A stretch of 64,000 nt of DNA from Chiloscyllium plagiosum (taxonomy: Eukaryota). Where the stretch lies: contig NC_057718.1 in assembly GCF_004010195.1 (NCBI RefSeq), forward strand, positions 49,174,021 to 49,238,020, read 5' to 3'. The notes beneath the pieces were generated by a model. That model saw only the letters and a program-made list of their open reading frames with translations. It was not told the DNA's origin and ran no database searches. The position numbers and the translations under genes were made by a program. Positions 1 to 13,591 of the stretch are shown here, piece after piece (position 1 is the stretch's first letter; the number at the start of each line of letters is the position of its first letter).

Positions 1-2280
1 ACAGAATTTATTCACTGCTAACCTTTTGTTACTTCTATTCATACACAAAAAAGACAATTAATCAGAAGTCTAGTTTTGAACATTAGCTGTGCTTGCTCAA
101 CTGGCACTGAGTCAATTCATCCCCTGGCCCCACCAGAGAAAATTGAACATGTTTTATGCAAATTACAACGTGTTTTGATATGCACTTGGAATTGTAATTT
201 CAAAGTGATGACCAGAGAGCATTGTCATCTCATGCATACAAAGCAAGTACCATGATGTAACAGTTAAAAATAAATGTAGACCTACCTTACAACAGAGTGT
301 CATTGAAGTGAAAGGTCTTTTATTCACTGGGATCCGTGAACATCCCCATCTTGTATATTTTCCTTCAGGAGAAGAAATATCACATCTTTGTTGAGTGCAC
401 ATAATTTTACTCTACAGCTAGCATATTGCTAAAATTTCACTTCCCAGCTCATTCACTGTGATCTTGAGTATGAGCATTATTTTAGCACAGTCAGTTAAAG
501 TTCTCCACACCAACAACATACTCTTACTTACAATTCAGAATAATTATTTTATAGAGTTGTAGGGTAAGCTGGTTAACAACTACCAGATGTAACCACACAT
601 ACCTGAATTAAACATTAGAATCCATTGGGCACAGGACATTGAAACCTTTTAACACTCCAACTAATGAATAAACAGATGGGCACACTGACAGCTTTGTATA
701 AGCCTGCTTAGATTAAACCTCTGTGTATTAGGTGTGGGTCAGTAATAACAGTCGTTTTGTTTTGTGGTTAGACTTTTAGGAAAGAATATGGTTTCATTTA
801 TCTGAGGATGAAACACAAACACCAAGAAAAGCCATCAAACATGTCGGTTGATACCCAGACCACAAGTGCAGTGGCAATGCTTCATTAGCTTCAAACTATA
901 TTTGTTCTACCATTCACTTACTGAGCCCCTTCAACGGGACAGAAGAAAAAATGTCAATGAGAAAAATGTTTTATTTTAAAAATTATTCAGCATTTTAACT
1001 GGATGAGTTCAAACATCACAGATTCTTTGCCTGTCAATGAGATGAAATCTTGGCTAAATTTTCCACGGGGAATCAGATGGCTTTATATTTCAAAACATTA
1101 AAGTCTATTAATTTATAGGTGCAATTCCTGGAATGTATTAACTGTTATTTGTAACTGTAACATGGGTTTGGTGTTATGAAACACAGTGCTGATGTTAGTC
1201 AAAAGCATTACCATTGATTTAAGATAATTAGAGATAACTGCAATATCATTACTGCAGAATGGTGATTGTCAGAAAAGTAAAGCAAACAAATTATTTTGCA
1301 GTGTTCAAGTAGAATTAGAAGGGAATTAAAGGCCTAGTGTATACAATTCAGCATCATTGTTTATTTGCAATATCTCTCTTTCTTCTGTGTCTGTTCTGAA
1401 TTGAATTGTTTCAATGAATGATGTCATTGGTGGAATGATGAGTTGTGTGCAACAGGTCTGACAATGGTTGTGATATAAGATAAGGAGAAAGGATAAGCAA
1501 CCAGGCAAGATAATTACAGTGAAAAATGGCCTCCACTGTATTAGCTAAAGCTCTTTTATTCATTTTTTTTTGTTTGCACGTTCAGTGAACTTTAGTATCA
1601 AAGTGCTAACGTAAAGAGTGAATCACCAGCAGAATCACTTTGATTGTATTCTTCATGGTGAGGTCATTTTCTGTCATCTCTGGTCAGCAGCCTGGTAGGG
1701 GAGTCAGCACTAACTGTACTTTTAACAAAAAAGTGGAATCAATGTGACAGTCCATCTGCACCGTGTCATAAGCTAATTCCCAATCTTTTAAATATCTACC
1801 TTATTTTCACTTCACCTTTTCCAAACTCTCTGCTAACCTATGTGCTTGTGCAAAAGTCAAGCTGCTGAGTTTAAATTTTTAGCCAAAAATAGGAAACTGA
1901 CTGATACGTGAGTGATACATTCAAAGAGTTGAAATCTATCCACTTTCACCATCTCGTTACATAGTATTTTACAGCAGTACATCAGCACTTTGTACAGTTC
2001 ACAAATTGGAGACTGTGCTCACCAAACCCACCTCAAAACTGATCTGAAAGGTACCAGAAGTACTTTTATTCTTTAATTTTTGTTTACAATCATGACAAAT
2101 CTTGCTCTTTGGTTGGAGTACAAAATTGCTTGTCTTCGTAAGCCTGGCACAGCATCCAGGGCTGCTTTGAAAAGACAAAGCCAATTTTATTTACTTAATT
2201 ATCTTTTTTTTCCCCAAGGTGGAATGTGAATGCAACTGGGTAGCCTATGCCCATTCTTGGTTGGCCTTGAGAAGATGGTG

Positions 2281-2508
2281 AGGAGAAAGTGAGGTCTGCA
2301 GATGCTGGAAATCAGAGCTGAAAATGTGTTGCTGGAAAAGCGCAGCAGGTCAGGCAGCATCCAGGGAACAGGAGAATCGACATTTCGGGCATTAGCCCTT
2401 TTTCAGGAAAAGCCCTTTCCTGAAAAAGGGCTTATGCCCGAAACGTCGATTCTCCTGTTCCCTGGATGCTGCCTGACCTGCTGCGCTTTTCCAGCAACAC
2501 ATTTTCAG
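2281..2508. mobile_element. Palindromic PLE-derived mini-insertion with an HHR-like motif in each arm
   Basis: Arms ~2316-2410 and ~2416-2510 are near-perfect reverse complements. 15 bp TSD cttgagaagatggtg at 2266-2280 and 2509-2523. Sequence matches the 3' end of the GIY-YIG element at 63076. Confidence 0.9.
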
Positions 2509-3293
2509 CTTGAGAAGATGGTGGTGAGCTGGCTTCTTGAACTGCTGCAGTCCATATGCAGTAGGTAGATCCAAATGCCATTCGGAAGGGAGGTTCAAAA
2601 TATTGACCTAGTGATACGGAATAAATGGTGATATATTTCGAAGTAAAGATGGTAAGTGGCTTAAGGGGGAACTTACAGGTGATGGTGTTCTCATATATCT
2701 GCTGTTCTTGTCCTTCTAGATGGTAGTTGTCATGAGTTTTGAAGGTGCTTTCTAAGGAGTTTTGGCAAATGTTTGCAGTGCATCTTGTAGATGATGAACA
2801 GTGTTGCTACTAAGCGTTGGTGGTAAAGGAATGGATGTTAGTGAATGCAGTGGCAATCAACCAGGCTGCTTTGTCCTGGTAGTGTTAAGCTTCTTCAGTG
2901 TTTTTGGAGCTGCACCCATCCAGGCAAGGGGGAAGTATTTCATCACACTCCTGACTTGTGTCTTGTAGATGGTGGGAAATCAGAAAGTGTGTTACTTGTT
3001 GCACTGTTCGCAGTCTTTGACCTGCTATGTTTATATAGAGAGTCCATTTGAGTTTCTGGTCAACGGTAATGCTCAGGATGTTGATAGTAGGGAATTCTAT
3101 GTGGTAATGCCATTGAATGTCAAGAGACAATGGTTAGGTTGTCTTTTATTGGAGCTGGTCATTGCCTGGCATGAATGTAACTTGCCCCTTTTCAGCACAA
3201 GCCTGGATATTGTGCAGGTCTCGTTGCATTTGAACATAAACTGCTTCAATATCTGAGGGGTCGTGAGTAGCGCTAAGCATTGTGTAATCATCA

Positions 3294-3479
3294 AGGTGGG
3301 TAAAAACAACGACTGTAGATGCTGGAACCCAGATTCTGGATTAGTGGTGCTGGAAAAGCACAGCAGTTCAACTTTGCCTGTATTCCTGATGAAGGGCTTT
3401 TGCCTGAAACGTCGATTTTACTGCACCTCGGATGCTGCCTGAACTGCTGTGCTTTTCCAGCACCACTAATCCAGAATTA
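3294..3479. mobile_element. Asymmetric palindromic PLE-derived insertion
   Basis: Inverted arms attctggattagtggtgctggaaaagcacagcagttca / tgaactgctgtgcttttccagcaccactaatccagaat. TSD tgtaatcatca at 3283-3293 and 3480-3490. Confidence 0.85.
3386..3413 (+). ncRNA. Minimal type I hammerhead ribozyme core
   Basis: CTGATGA-A-GGGC-tttt-GCCT-GAAA-CG-TC. All conserved core nucleotides are present, with a GUC cleavage triplet. Confidence 0.75.
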
Positions 3480-4249
3480 TGTAATCATCAGCAAACATTC
3501 ACAATTCTGATCTTATGATGAAATAGCTGAAGATGGTTAGGTCTAGGATACTACCCTGAGGAACCCCTGTAGTGATGAACTGGAGTTGAGATGACTGACC
3601 TTCAACAACCAGAACCATCTTCATTAGTTTGGAAGAGAAGATAAATAATGAAAACAAAATCTGTCATGGTGGGAGATGTGCTAATGGGTGGGTGAATGGG
3701 GATGTAATCTTTAGCTTTCACCTAACAGGGGTAAAATTGAGGGCTCAACTGTGCTACTTGTCCACTCAAGACAAATGTTGGAAGGTGTGAACCATTTTTT
3801 TACTTGGGGCCTGCTTAGATGGCAGGCAGTAAGATCAAATGTTTATATATTAACCCAATCAATAAGCTGGGCATGGGGTTTGGAGGAAGGGAGGTTGTTG
3901 GGGTTGATTTTGCCAGGGATTGGGTGCAGGGGATGTAATGAATGCTGGCTAGTCAGACATAGCATGGAACATAGACACATTACTGGCTGGTACAAGTGGA
4001 TGGTTAGTATTCACAGACAGTCTGCTTATTCCTGCCTGAAAATTGCATGTCAGCTCCTGCATAGTACATTCTTTGATTTCCTTATTTGTAAAAGTGTTCT
4101 ATATGCAATGCCCATGGAAATATTGCATTTTGACCAATGAGACATGCATAAGAAGCAGTTTAAAGTCCACTGGAACCATTGTGGCTTATGATAAGGATTA
4201 GTCAGTAGGACAGGTAAACTATTATTATTTAGTTTTTTTTCCTAAATCC

Positions 4250-5350
4250 AAAGAACAAAGAACAGTACAACACAGGAACAGGCCCTTTTGCCTACCAAGC
4301 CTGCGCTGATACATGATGCTTTTAAAAATTAACTTTTACGCAGTCTATATCCCTCTACTCCTGTCTATTCATTTATCTGTTAAGATGCCTCTTAAACATT
4401 GCTATTGTATCTGTTTCAACCAGGTCCTCTGGCAGTATATTCCAGGCATTTACCACCCTCTGTAAACAATTTGCCTCTCACATCTCCTTTGAACCTTCCT
4501 CCTTTTACGTAAAACTTCATCCCTAGTAATTGACATTTCTACCCTGGGAAAAAGACTCCTACTATCCATTTCATCCATGCCTCTCATAATTTTGTAAAGC
4601 TTTTGACAGGTCACCCCTCAGTCTCTGACGTTCAAATGAAAACAATTTATGTTTGTCCAATCTTTCTTCATAGTTAACACTCTCCAAACCAGGTATCATC
4701 CTGGTAAACCTGTTCTGTACCCTCCCCAAAGCCTCCACATCCTTCAGGTAGAGTGATGACCAAAACTGTTCACAAAGTTTGAAAGATGGCCTAATTAACG
4801 TTCTCCACAACTACAACTTGACTTACCAATTTTTACACTCTAGGCCCCAAATAATGAAGGCAAGCATGCTGTACGCCTTCTTGACCACCTCATCCACTTG
4901 TGTGGCCACTGTCATGGAACTGTAGACTTGTACATTAATGTTTCTGTATGTTAATGTTTCTAAGGATTCTGTTATTTACTGTATACTTCCCTCCTGCATT
5001 ACATCTTCCAAAATACATCACCTCGTATTTGTCAGGATTAGATTCTATGTTCCGTTTCTCCGCCTGAGTTTCCACCTATCTACATCCTGCTGTATCCCCT
5101 GGAAATCCTCCTCAGAATTCATAGTGCCCCCAATCTTTGATCCGCAAAATTACTAATCAGACCACCTATAGTCTCCTCCAAGTTCTTTGTATATATTATA
5201 AGTAACAGGGGTCTCAGCACTGATCCCTGTGGGACACCACTGAGCACAGATCTCCAGTCAGAAAAAAAACACCCTTCCACTGCTACTGTCTGTCTTCTAT
5301 GACCAAGCTAATTCTGTATCCATCTTACCAGCTCACTACAGATCCCACGA
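4250..5350 (-). mobile_element. CR1 LINE 3' fragment
   Basis: ORF 4571-4810 (QFWSSLYLKDVEALGRVQNRFTRMIPGL...RRLRGDL-like) is the typical CR1 ORF2 C-terminus. GVPQGSVL at ~5220-5240 on minus. Confidence 0.9.
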
Positions 5351-6365
5351 GACTTCCCTATTGTCATTACCAATCCTTGGGCAAGAGTCCCTACTTTATT
5401 GGGGATGCAGATGGGTAACCCCAAATTGGCAAGGTCCTACGTGAGGTGGGATGACTGGCTCACCTTCTATATTTACATGTCCCCTTGGTTGGCCACAACA
5501 AGTATTATTTACAAAGGATACCTTCTCTATAGATGCCTTTCTCAAAGAGAAAAAAACATTTTAAATAGTCTTTCTTGAGCTAACAATGGAGTTTTGTCAC
5601 TAAATGCAACACGCACTCTCACACTTTGTCAAGATGTGCCTCACACAGCACACACCTTCTTCCATCAGCACACACAGACAAAGGCTGGAGCTGCCTTCTG
5701 CTCTTGTGTATTACTGGAAGGAAAAGGCACAAATGTGTCTTTTTGCCCCAACTGCTCTGTTTGCTGCCATTGTGTTCACAGTCTGAGATAATTTACAGGG
5801 GATTACAGTTCAGTTTACAACACATTTCTCCATATTGAAGTCCATATGGCAATACACTCACAAGGTATGACATTCTTGGATCTTTCTCAATGCTAAGGAT
5901 AATCTACAAAGGCCTTTTAGACAGTGATTTAATCACATTGCTCAGAATTTATACTTTCACTCATTTTTTTAGCTTTATGTACTCTTTTAAAAAGCACATG
6001 TTTTATGAAAAAGTTTAACATGTCTATGCATGATCCATGGTTATGATCCATTATCATAACATTACTATGCTGGCCAGAAATTTTCTGGATCTCAGTGAAG
6101 CAGAAATTACACTGAAGTTGACCTTGATCATTAGGAAACTAATACGATTTTAAACCCAACAACGTAAATCATGCCACCATGCCTGGGAATGGTGCCAGCA
6201 CATGGATCCAGTGCTGGAAAAAGCTGCGTAAGGTCAGAGTTTGAACCTTTAATGGTTCCATTGTAGACCAGGAGAAGTAGGAGTGCTCCTCAGTGCATCA
6301 GTAGGCCATCTGTAGTCTCAGCTCTGCATCCCCCCAATCATGACCACTCATATGCCTCACTTTAG

Positions 6366-6555
6366 TGTCAAAACATGTGGCACTGGAAAAGTACACCAGG
6401 CAGCATCTGAGAAGCATGACAGTCGACCCTCCAGAAGGGTTTATGCCCAAAACATCGACTGTCTTGCTCCTCTGATGCTGCCTGATCTGCTGTGCTTTTC
6501 CAGCATCTACTTTTTGACTCTGATCTCCAGCATCTGCAGTCCACACTTTCTCCTT
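6366..6555. mobile_element. Older palindromic PLE-derived insertion with degenerate HHR
   Basis: Inverted arms of the same family. TSD cctcactttag at 6355-6365 and 6556-6566. Confidence 0.8.
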
Positions 6556-6789
6556 CCTCACTTTAGCACCAAGAACCAGGCTTTTGAAACTTTGGTGATT
6601 GTGTTCTGCTGCCTGAAATTTTGCCCGCATCTACTTTCCTGTTCATTAGTCACAATGTGTTATTCATCTTGGAGTATGGTGATCTGGTGATGAAGGACAT
6701 GGATACAATAGGCAGCACTTGTCACTGTAAGACTATTATGGCCCTCACCATCCGCCCTGCCAAACTCACTGCTAAACTTTTCTTAATAT

Positions 6790-7095
6790 ACATTCATGGG
6801 ATTTGAGTGTTGCTGTCTAGACTAACACTTATAGCCATCCTGAACTGTAGGTGAGAAGATGGTGGCGAGCTGCCTTCTTGAAGCACTACAGTCCATGGAT
6901 GATTGGTACATCCACCTACTGGTAGGGATCAAAAAGTTCCAGGGTTACGACCCAACAACAGTGAAGGAGCAGTGATTTCAATCCGAGTCAGGATGGTGCG
7001 TGATTTGGTGGGGATCTTGAAGCTGGTGATGGCCTATGCATCTGCTGGCCTTGTCGTTCTAGGTGGAAGAGCTTGTGATTTGAAAGGTGGTGTTA
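6790..7095 (-). mobile_element. LINE 3' UTR fragment (same family as 2205-3625)
   Basis: gagaagatggtggcgagctgccttcttgaa matches ~2511-2545. Confidence 0.7.
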
Positions 7096-8454
7096 AAGCT
7101 GCTGTTCAAAAACTTAAATTTACAATGTTTATTTGACAGATTTGACAGCAGCTGAGAATCTAATTATTTAAAATAAGATTCATCGCTCCATTTTATCTAG
7201 TAAAAGAATAAAACTGAAAAATCTTGCATGTACCATTAGAGATTTGAGTGAGGTCCGTTTTAAACTTTGTCTGGACCAAATCGGATCTGTGACAAATCAT
7301 TGCACCTGACAGATTGGTGATTGGCAAAATCAATGCTTAGTTCAGCTTAAATTCCAAATGTCAGTTTAAGGTACACCTGTGCTAAGCTTAGTAATTTTAT
7401 ATTTGTGGCCAGATCCTGTATTGCCAGCACAAACACCCTCTCTCTAACTGTATACTACTTTTTCTGCCTGCCTGCTTCTCCCTCTGAGTCTAATGTGGTT
7501 TCGATTCTGCTTCTGTGATAAGGGAGCTGACTCACAGTTACTGCTCTCCTGGAATTTCAATTAAAGCTGCATCAGTACAAAAGTGGTTTAAATATCGACA
7601 GTGTCTGATAGTGCATCAAGAGCCACTATCGCAAAATAGAGTCATCCCGTCTTATCTGAGAAGCAGCGAATTGTGTAATCACTCCTTATATGAATTCAGT
7701 TCCATCACTTGGTTGGGATGTGGAAGGTCAACTTTTTAATCTGTGTCCCTACTGCACTTTCAGCATGTATTCTGTACACTGGAGGCACCTGTCACAACTG
7801 GAGTGTGTTTAGTTTGGTAAGCTGAGAAAATTGCATGGCTGGATATGAATATCTTCAGCAGCCACCACTCCCCCACTCTGTTTCTGGAAATGTGTGTCAA
7901 GTGTGGGGAGGGGGAGGGGAGAGTGGTGGTGGTAAGACATAGAACCTTAACCGGAGGCCTAAAGGTCAACAACTGTGATCCTAGCCACTGCCGTTAAGGA
8001 CTCCTGGTTGCTGCTGGAGAAGTTTACGTTTCGCAAGGCCTGAAAATGAATTGCCTTAAGTCCAAAGATTACTCTGCAAAGTAGGAAGATATAAATGCTA
8101 TATTGTTGGAATATAACAGCACATAATCAGTTTAGGAGAGTCATGTTTGTCAACGTGATGATGAATGCGTGAAACACCATTCTGGTAAAATTGGCTCACA
8201 GATACAGACCGCACTTTTGACCAAAATGTCAAACCCTGCAGTTTATCCATTTTGGTGATCGTTACCAGATTGTTACATTTTTTAACAAATGTGTTATTTT
8301 AATAATTCTGTCATTTATATGTTGGTAGGATATGTTTCCATGATGGTTGCCTCATCATTAATTTTATGACCAAACAACTCCATAATATGAATCAGGTTCA
8401 CCTCAGACAAGACATCAGCTCTCTTTGGTAGCGCAACAAAATTAGGTATTTAAA

Positions 8455-8700
8455 AACAGAAAGTACTGCGGATGCTGTAAATCAGAAACAAAACCAGAAA
8501 TTGCTGGAAAAGCTCAGCAGGTCTGGTAGCATCTGTGAAGAGAAATCAAAATTAATGTTTTGAGTCTGATGACCCTTCCTCAGAAGTACTTATTTATTAA
8601 CTGATTAAAATTATTTATTTACCTGATAGGTCTCGATTTTCTCCACAGATGCTGCCAGACCTGTTGAAAATTTGTAGCATTTTCTGTTTTTATGTTCAGC
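8455..8700. mobile_element. Second PLE family terminal repeat, inverted pair, degenerate HHR on minus (8554-8583)
   Basis: Matches the 3' end of the GIY-YIG element at 23030-23140. Minus strand reads CTGAGGA-A-GGGTC-atca-GACTC-aaaa-CA-TT. The right arm resumes at ~9342 after a CR1 insertion. Confidence 0.7.
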
Positions 8701-9341
8701 AAACAATTCAAAAGGCAAACTATATATTAGCTTTAATCACATGAAAATTTGATATGGGAGCAAAGACGTTTTGCTTCTTATGTACAGACAACTGGTGAAA
8801 CTATATTAACTAATGTTAATCCTAACCTTGTACTTTGTACAGTCTGGTCTCCTTGCCTGAAGAAGGATGTACTTACCATAGAGGGAGTTCAGCAGAATTT
8901 CACCAGACTGATTCCCAGGATATTGGAGGAAGAGAGATTGAAAAGATTGGGACATATTTCCTAGAGTTTAGTAGAATGAGAGGTGATCTCAGAAAGATGT
9001 ATGGAATTCTTAAAGGGTAAGTGGAAATATTTTCCCTAGCTAGGGTATTTAAATCCAGGGTACACAGTGTCAGAGTAAGGAGTAGGGTATGTAGGGCTGA
9101 GATCAGGAGGAATTTCTTCATTCAGAAGGTAATGAATCTTTGAAATTCTCCCCCAGAGATCTGTCAAAGCTCAGTCATTAAGTAAACTCCAGAGAGACAC
9201 CGAGAGATTTCTAGTTACTAATTACATTAAGGATTTTGGGATTGCAATATGGCGTAGTGGTAGTTGATGAACTAAGTCCCAAAATGATGGGGCAGGATTG
9301 CTGAGGGACTGACTGTCCTACTCCTGCTCCAATGTTCCTAT
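8700..9341 (+). mobile_element. CR1 LINE 3' fragment
   Basis: WSPCLKKDVLTIEGVQQNFTRLIP and RMRGDL motifs. Confidence 0.85.
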
Positions 9342-12300
9342 TTCAGATTTCCAGTATTTGCAGATTCTCCGCATGTATCTCAGGAAACTGAGCTCAGTTT
9401 TAATGCCTACTCTCAGCTTTGTAGAAATCAGCTAATTTGGTACATGCTAGGTACAATGGATTAAATTTTGCCAGCCATTGAACCCCATTAAAATTGGTGA
9501 GCCAGTTGGGAAAACATGGTGAGATGAGTAAAAGGAGATTCTTGACATTGAGAAAACAAAGCCAATTTTTTTGCCCAAGGTTTGAATGATGAGAATCTTG
9601 CTGGCAAAGATGACAGACTTATTTGCATGAATTAATATCTCATTAGTCTCACCTCATTTCTCTGCTTTTTGCTATTTACCCACACAACAGAGAGAAACTA
9701 GACAGTGACAATTCCTGACATGAAAGTCAAAATGGATATCAGGCAGCTCCAGAATGTCATTTGCTTCTCCAGGTCTCCCTCTTGGTCACCAATCCCCAAC
9801 ACCTCAGGGTATGTGCATGTGCAGCAATGGCCGACATCCACCCCCAGATCCATAGAAATTGGCATCGGGGACACACACAAACCTCACCACATCACCTTGG
9901 AACATTTGAGGGTAATACAATTCACCACTTTAATGCTGCTTTGGAGCTTACCTTTCATTGCGATGCTGCTGCTGAGACACTTTTAATGCAAGAGCAGGCA
10001 CACATCTCATGCATTGGAGCAGAGTGCATCTCAGGGCTGTGGGCTTCCTCGCTTAGTGCCCCCATACTTTGCTTGAATGCTCACAGCATCATTCTCCTTG
10101 CTCTTTAGTTTTGTTAAAAGACTTACAGCAATTCTGTTTTGTCTTGCAGTTTAGTTCAGACACAAAGCTAGGTAATTTATCATGTTTGCCAGTAGTGATC
10201 AATTGAAGGGGTGGACAATGTTGATGTACAGCACCATGCTACATCAATGTCACACCTACAGCATGTGCCAGTAGCTAGTAGTGTACGAGGCTAACACACT
10301 GCATCAACTCAAAAGCCATGTCTCAAAGTCTACAAGGTCAACAGTCAAAAGGTCCCAAGATAGTCAGTCAAGGACAGTGTCTGATCTCAGCTCAGTGGTT
10401 TGTTGTTTAGGAACAGTACAGTCTGAGGTGTGGGTCATGGTCAGTGTTGAAGGTCCAGTGCACACAGTCTGGGCAGTCATGGTAGGTCAGATGAGAAGCT
10501 GCACAGAAATCAGTCAGGGTTCTGGTCACACATCATTCAGGGATTCTGTGCTATGTCATTCAGAGGGTTGGGCCATGGTCGGTCCTGAAGGTCTGCTGAC
10601 TGAAAGGGCTTATCTCTGGTTGCTTCTATGATCAGTAAGTTGGGGAAGTGAATTGTGGAGATTGGAAGCAGCATGCTGGGATGCAGAGGGGACAATAATT
10701 GTGAAGAGGGAAGAACTCAGCCTATAAAGGCTAGAGCTGATATTGCATTGGTGGACATTGGTTACTGTGGGAGTGGGTGGGCCATCAATCTCACTACCAA
10801 TTTCTGGTTGTTGGAGGGCCGGAATAACACAATAGTCAGAATGGCAGGGCCTGGGCCAAGGGATAATTGTTGAAAGATTTTTTAAAAATTATATGGGCAT
10901 GTGTAGAAGCTCAGAACTGATTGGGTTGACAGGGAGTGCAAGGAAGAAAGGAACATGAAGGTTTGAGGGGGCCCTTAGATTAAAAGGCTGAGACTGAGAC
11001 TCACTTTGAAAGTACATGGTCGTCTTTCATCATCTGTTTTGCAAACACGTAATGGAAATGGAAACTGGCTGTGACAACACCTAATGAAGAAAGGGGTTTT
11101 TTTTCTGTCTGAATAGGTGGGCTCTACTTGTGAGCAACATAAGGCCCTTGAAAGGGCAATTGTATTAAGCAGACCCTTATACATTTTAGGTTACAATAAT
11201 CTGTAATTATGATGCCCTGCATTGGAAACATATTAGTGTTCAACTGTGTGAGATGTAAATCCTGATCACAAACAATCCTGACCTTGTCATTTGTCATTAC
11301 AGATTGATCATTGCTATTTCTATGAAGCAGAAGTGATAACAGGTGTCACCTGTGGGCCACAACTCACAAAGACAATCCAAAGCCTCATATAATACTTTAC
11401 ACAAGGACATGGAGCTGATTTCCTCTCACTTTGAACTGTAAATATTTGTCAACATAATCTTATGAGAAGTGCTGGCTTTCTTGGGTGATGAGCATGGAGG
11501 TTAGTGTTAGGAGTCAAGGCTTCAGGACGGACTTAAATCTAGGCCTCCTGGTCCAGAGGTAGGAACACTACCATGAGAGCCCAGTCATTCAGTAGGTAGA
11601 CTTCTCACTTGATTGACTTTACATGGGTGTCAAAATAGTGTCTTTCTCAGGGATGCACAGAATGAGTTTAGTTTTAATATAGCAAACTCTCTATAAGGTG
11701 CAAACAATTGCCTCAATAGCTTAGCCACAGCAAATGAGTGAATGTCTGGATTTAATGGAGTTCACTGGTTTGAGTTTCAGAGATGATGGAGGAGGCTGTG
11801 CAACCCATTTCTGCCAGCAGGAAAAACTCACCCCTATTAAGTCAACAGCAGGAGCGGCCTGGTGTGGAGAACTCCACCATTGGCTAATTAGGCTCATGAA
11901 CAAGCCGCTTGAAGGTAATGATTCATCCCATGATTCCCCCCAGACACGACCACTGCACACACTCCCCATCCCCACCACCAACTCACCTATCTTGAGGGGA
12001 CAATGATTTCTGGTGAAGGTCTCACTGCACTGGCAGCAGCCACTAGGGGCAGTGTTGTGCCTGTACTGTGCTGTTGGCATCTGACTTGCTGTCCACTCTC
12101 AGCGAGCTAGATTTATGCTGCTGGTCCTGAGTCCAATCAACACAACACTGATCTCCTGTTCCTTCTCCAACCAAAGGGCAGGATCCACATCAAAAACACT
12201 AAATCCAACTGACTGGTCCAATTAATCAGATGGATATTGCTTTTGATCATTCAGGAAAAGACAATTGATGAAAAACTCTTAATTTAAGTATTTATGTAAA

Positions 12301-12424
12301 TCAGTTATTCTTTACTGATGACAAAAATTCCATTGCACTATTCGCAGGAGATCTCTATGGTGTCATGGCAAATAGTCATAATTCAACTGGCATCACTGAG
12401 TCCAAAATACTTGAACCCATAATA

Positions 12425-13591
12425 TGTTAAAGCTAGTCCCTAGGTGAGGTTCCCCAATCTGTTCCAGCTAGGGGACCTCAAACCAGGTGAGGAGAGATCA
12501 ATTGACTGCCCTGAGTTGTTCATCCACTTCCATGGTTGGTTGCAACAAGGTTAATTTAGAAGAGGATCCCTTCCCCTGTGGATATCTTTCTTCCAGATCC
12601 AAATGAATTTATGTTTTACAATGAGCTTAATAGCCAGGCTTCTTGAACTAGCAATTACTAAACATCAAAAGAAATAATAATGTAATGCACACATCAAGAA
12701 TAAGAGGTGAGTCCAAAAAGATAAAAGTTATAAGAAGATGTATGGGTCAGTCTCTGAATTATTTGAAAAGAATGGATATTGAACATTACAGTCATTACAG
12801 GATATTGTAGTGTCTCCCTGTGTCTGCGTGGGTTTCCTCCCACAGTCCAAAGATGAGCCGGTTAGGTGGATTAGCAATGCTAAATTGCCCATACTGTCCG
12901 AGGATATGTCAGTTAGGTGGATTAACCATAGGAAATGCAGAGTTACAGGGATGGAGTGGAGATGAATCTGGATGGGATGCTGTTTGGAGAGTTGGTGTGG
13001 ACTTGTTGGACCTAATGGCCTGTTTCCACACTGTAGAGATTCTATGAATTCTATGAAAACAAATTCAATGGTGGTGTTAATGTTGGTTGTTGGACAGTCA
13101 ACTGTGAGATTCTTAACTTTGTAAGTTGATTGAAACTCTTTTGTCCTGATTCCTTTCTGCATTAGTAGTACCAGGAGGGTAGAGATGTTTAAATAGCCAT
13201 TCTCAGATAGTAGACTTCACAACACATTAGTCTAGACACTGACCCATATAGACTAGTGCTGTAGTCAGTTTTAATTCCCTTTTGTTGTTTATTCCCAGAA
13301 GGCCGAAGCATATAAATTCTGCAAGAATGGGCTTTCTGTTGAGTTGAGTGATGTAGTCATCTTTCTTGTTATCTCTTCCTGTTACTTTTCTCTCTTTCTA
13401 GTTGAAGTTTCCCCGACACACTTATAATTGCAACTTTCCATGCAATTCACACAAGATTTTGCAAGACATTGACTGAATTTACATCTACTCCATACTTTGG
13501 CTATAACAAACTTCCTTTAAAAGACAGATCTTGGAGTTAAAAGTTCATAATATCCATGGTTCTTTTAGGGTTCTGATCCATTGTCATGACA
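12425..13591. mobile_element. Solo-LTR-like repeat (TG...CA) containing a SINE
   Basis: Begins tgtta and ends tgaca. 6 bp direct repeat ataata at 12419-12424 and 13592-13597. Colinear with 34417-35365. Confidence 0.6.
12810..13050 (+). mobile_element. 5'-truncated tRNA-derived SINE with CR1-type tail (HE1-like)
   Basis: Body gtgggtttcctcccacagtccaaagatg and tail ggcctgtttccacactgtagagattctatga are shared with the other SINE copies. Confidence 0.85.

Larger units (their letters stand above)
2205..3625 (-). mobile_element. Decayed CR1/L2-clade LINE 3' half (RT to 3' UTR), interrupted by two PLE palindromic insertions
   Basis: Minus strand reads GVPQGSIL (~3545-3570) and MFADD (~3485-3500). 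The 3' UTR is shared with copies at 6790-7095 and 53420-55350. Confidence 0.8.

Noticed and set aside
1326..1508. Protein-like peptide (IIPPMTSFIETIQFRTDTEERE) on minus
   Set aside because: No recognisable homology, and no donor site or other exon to link it to.
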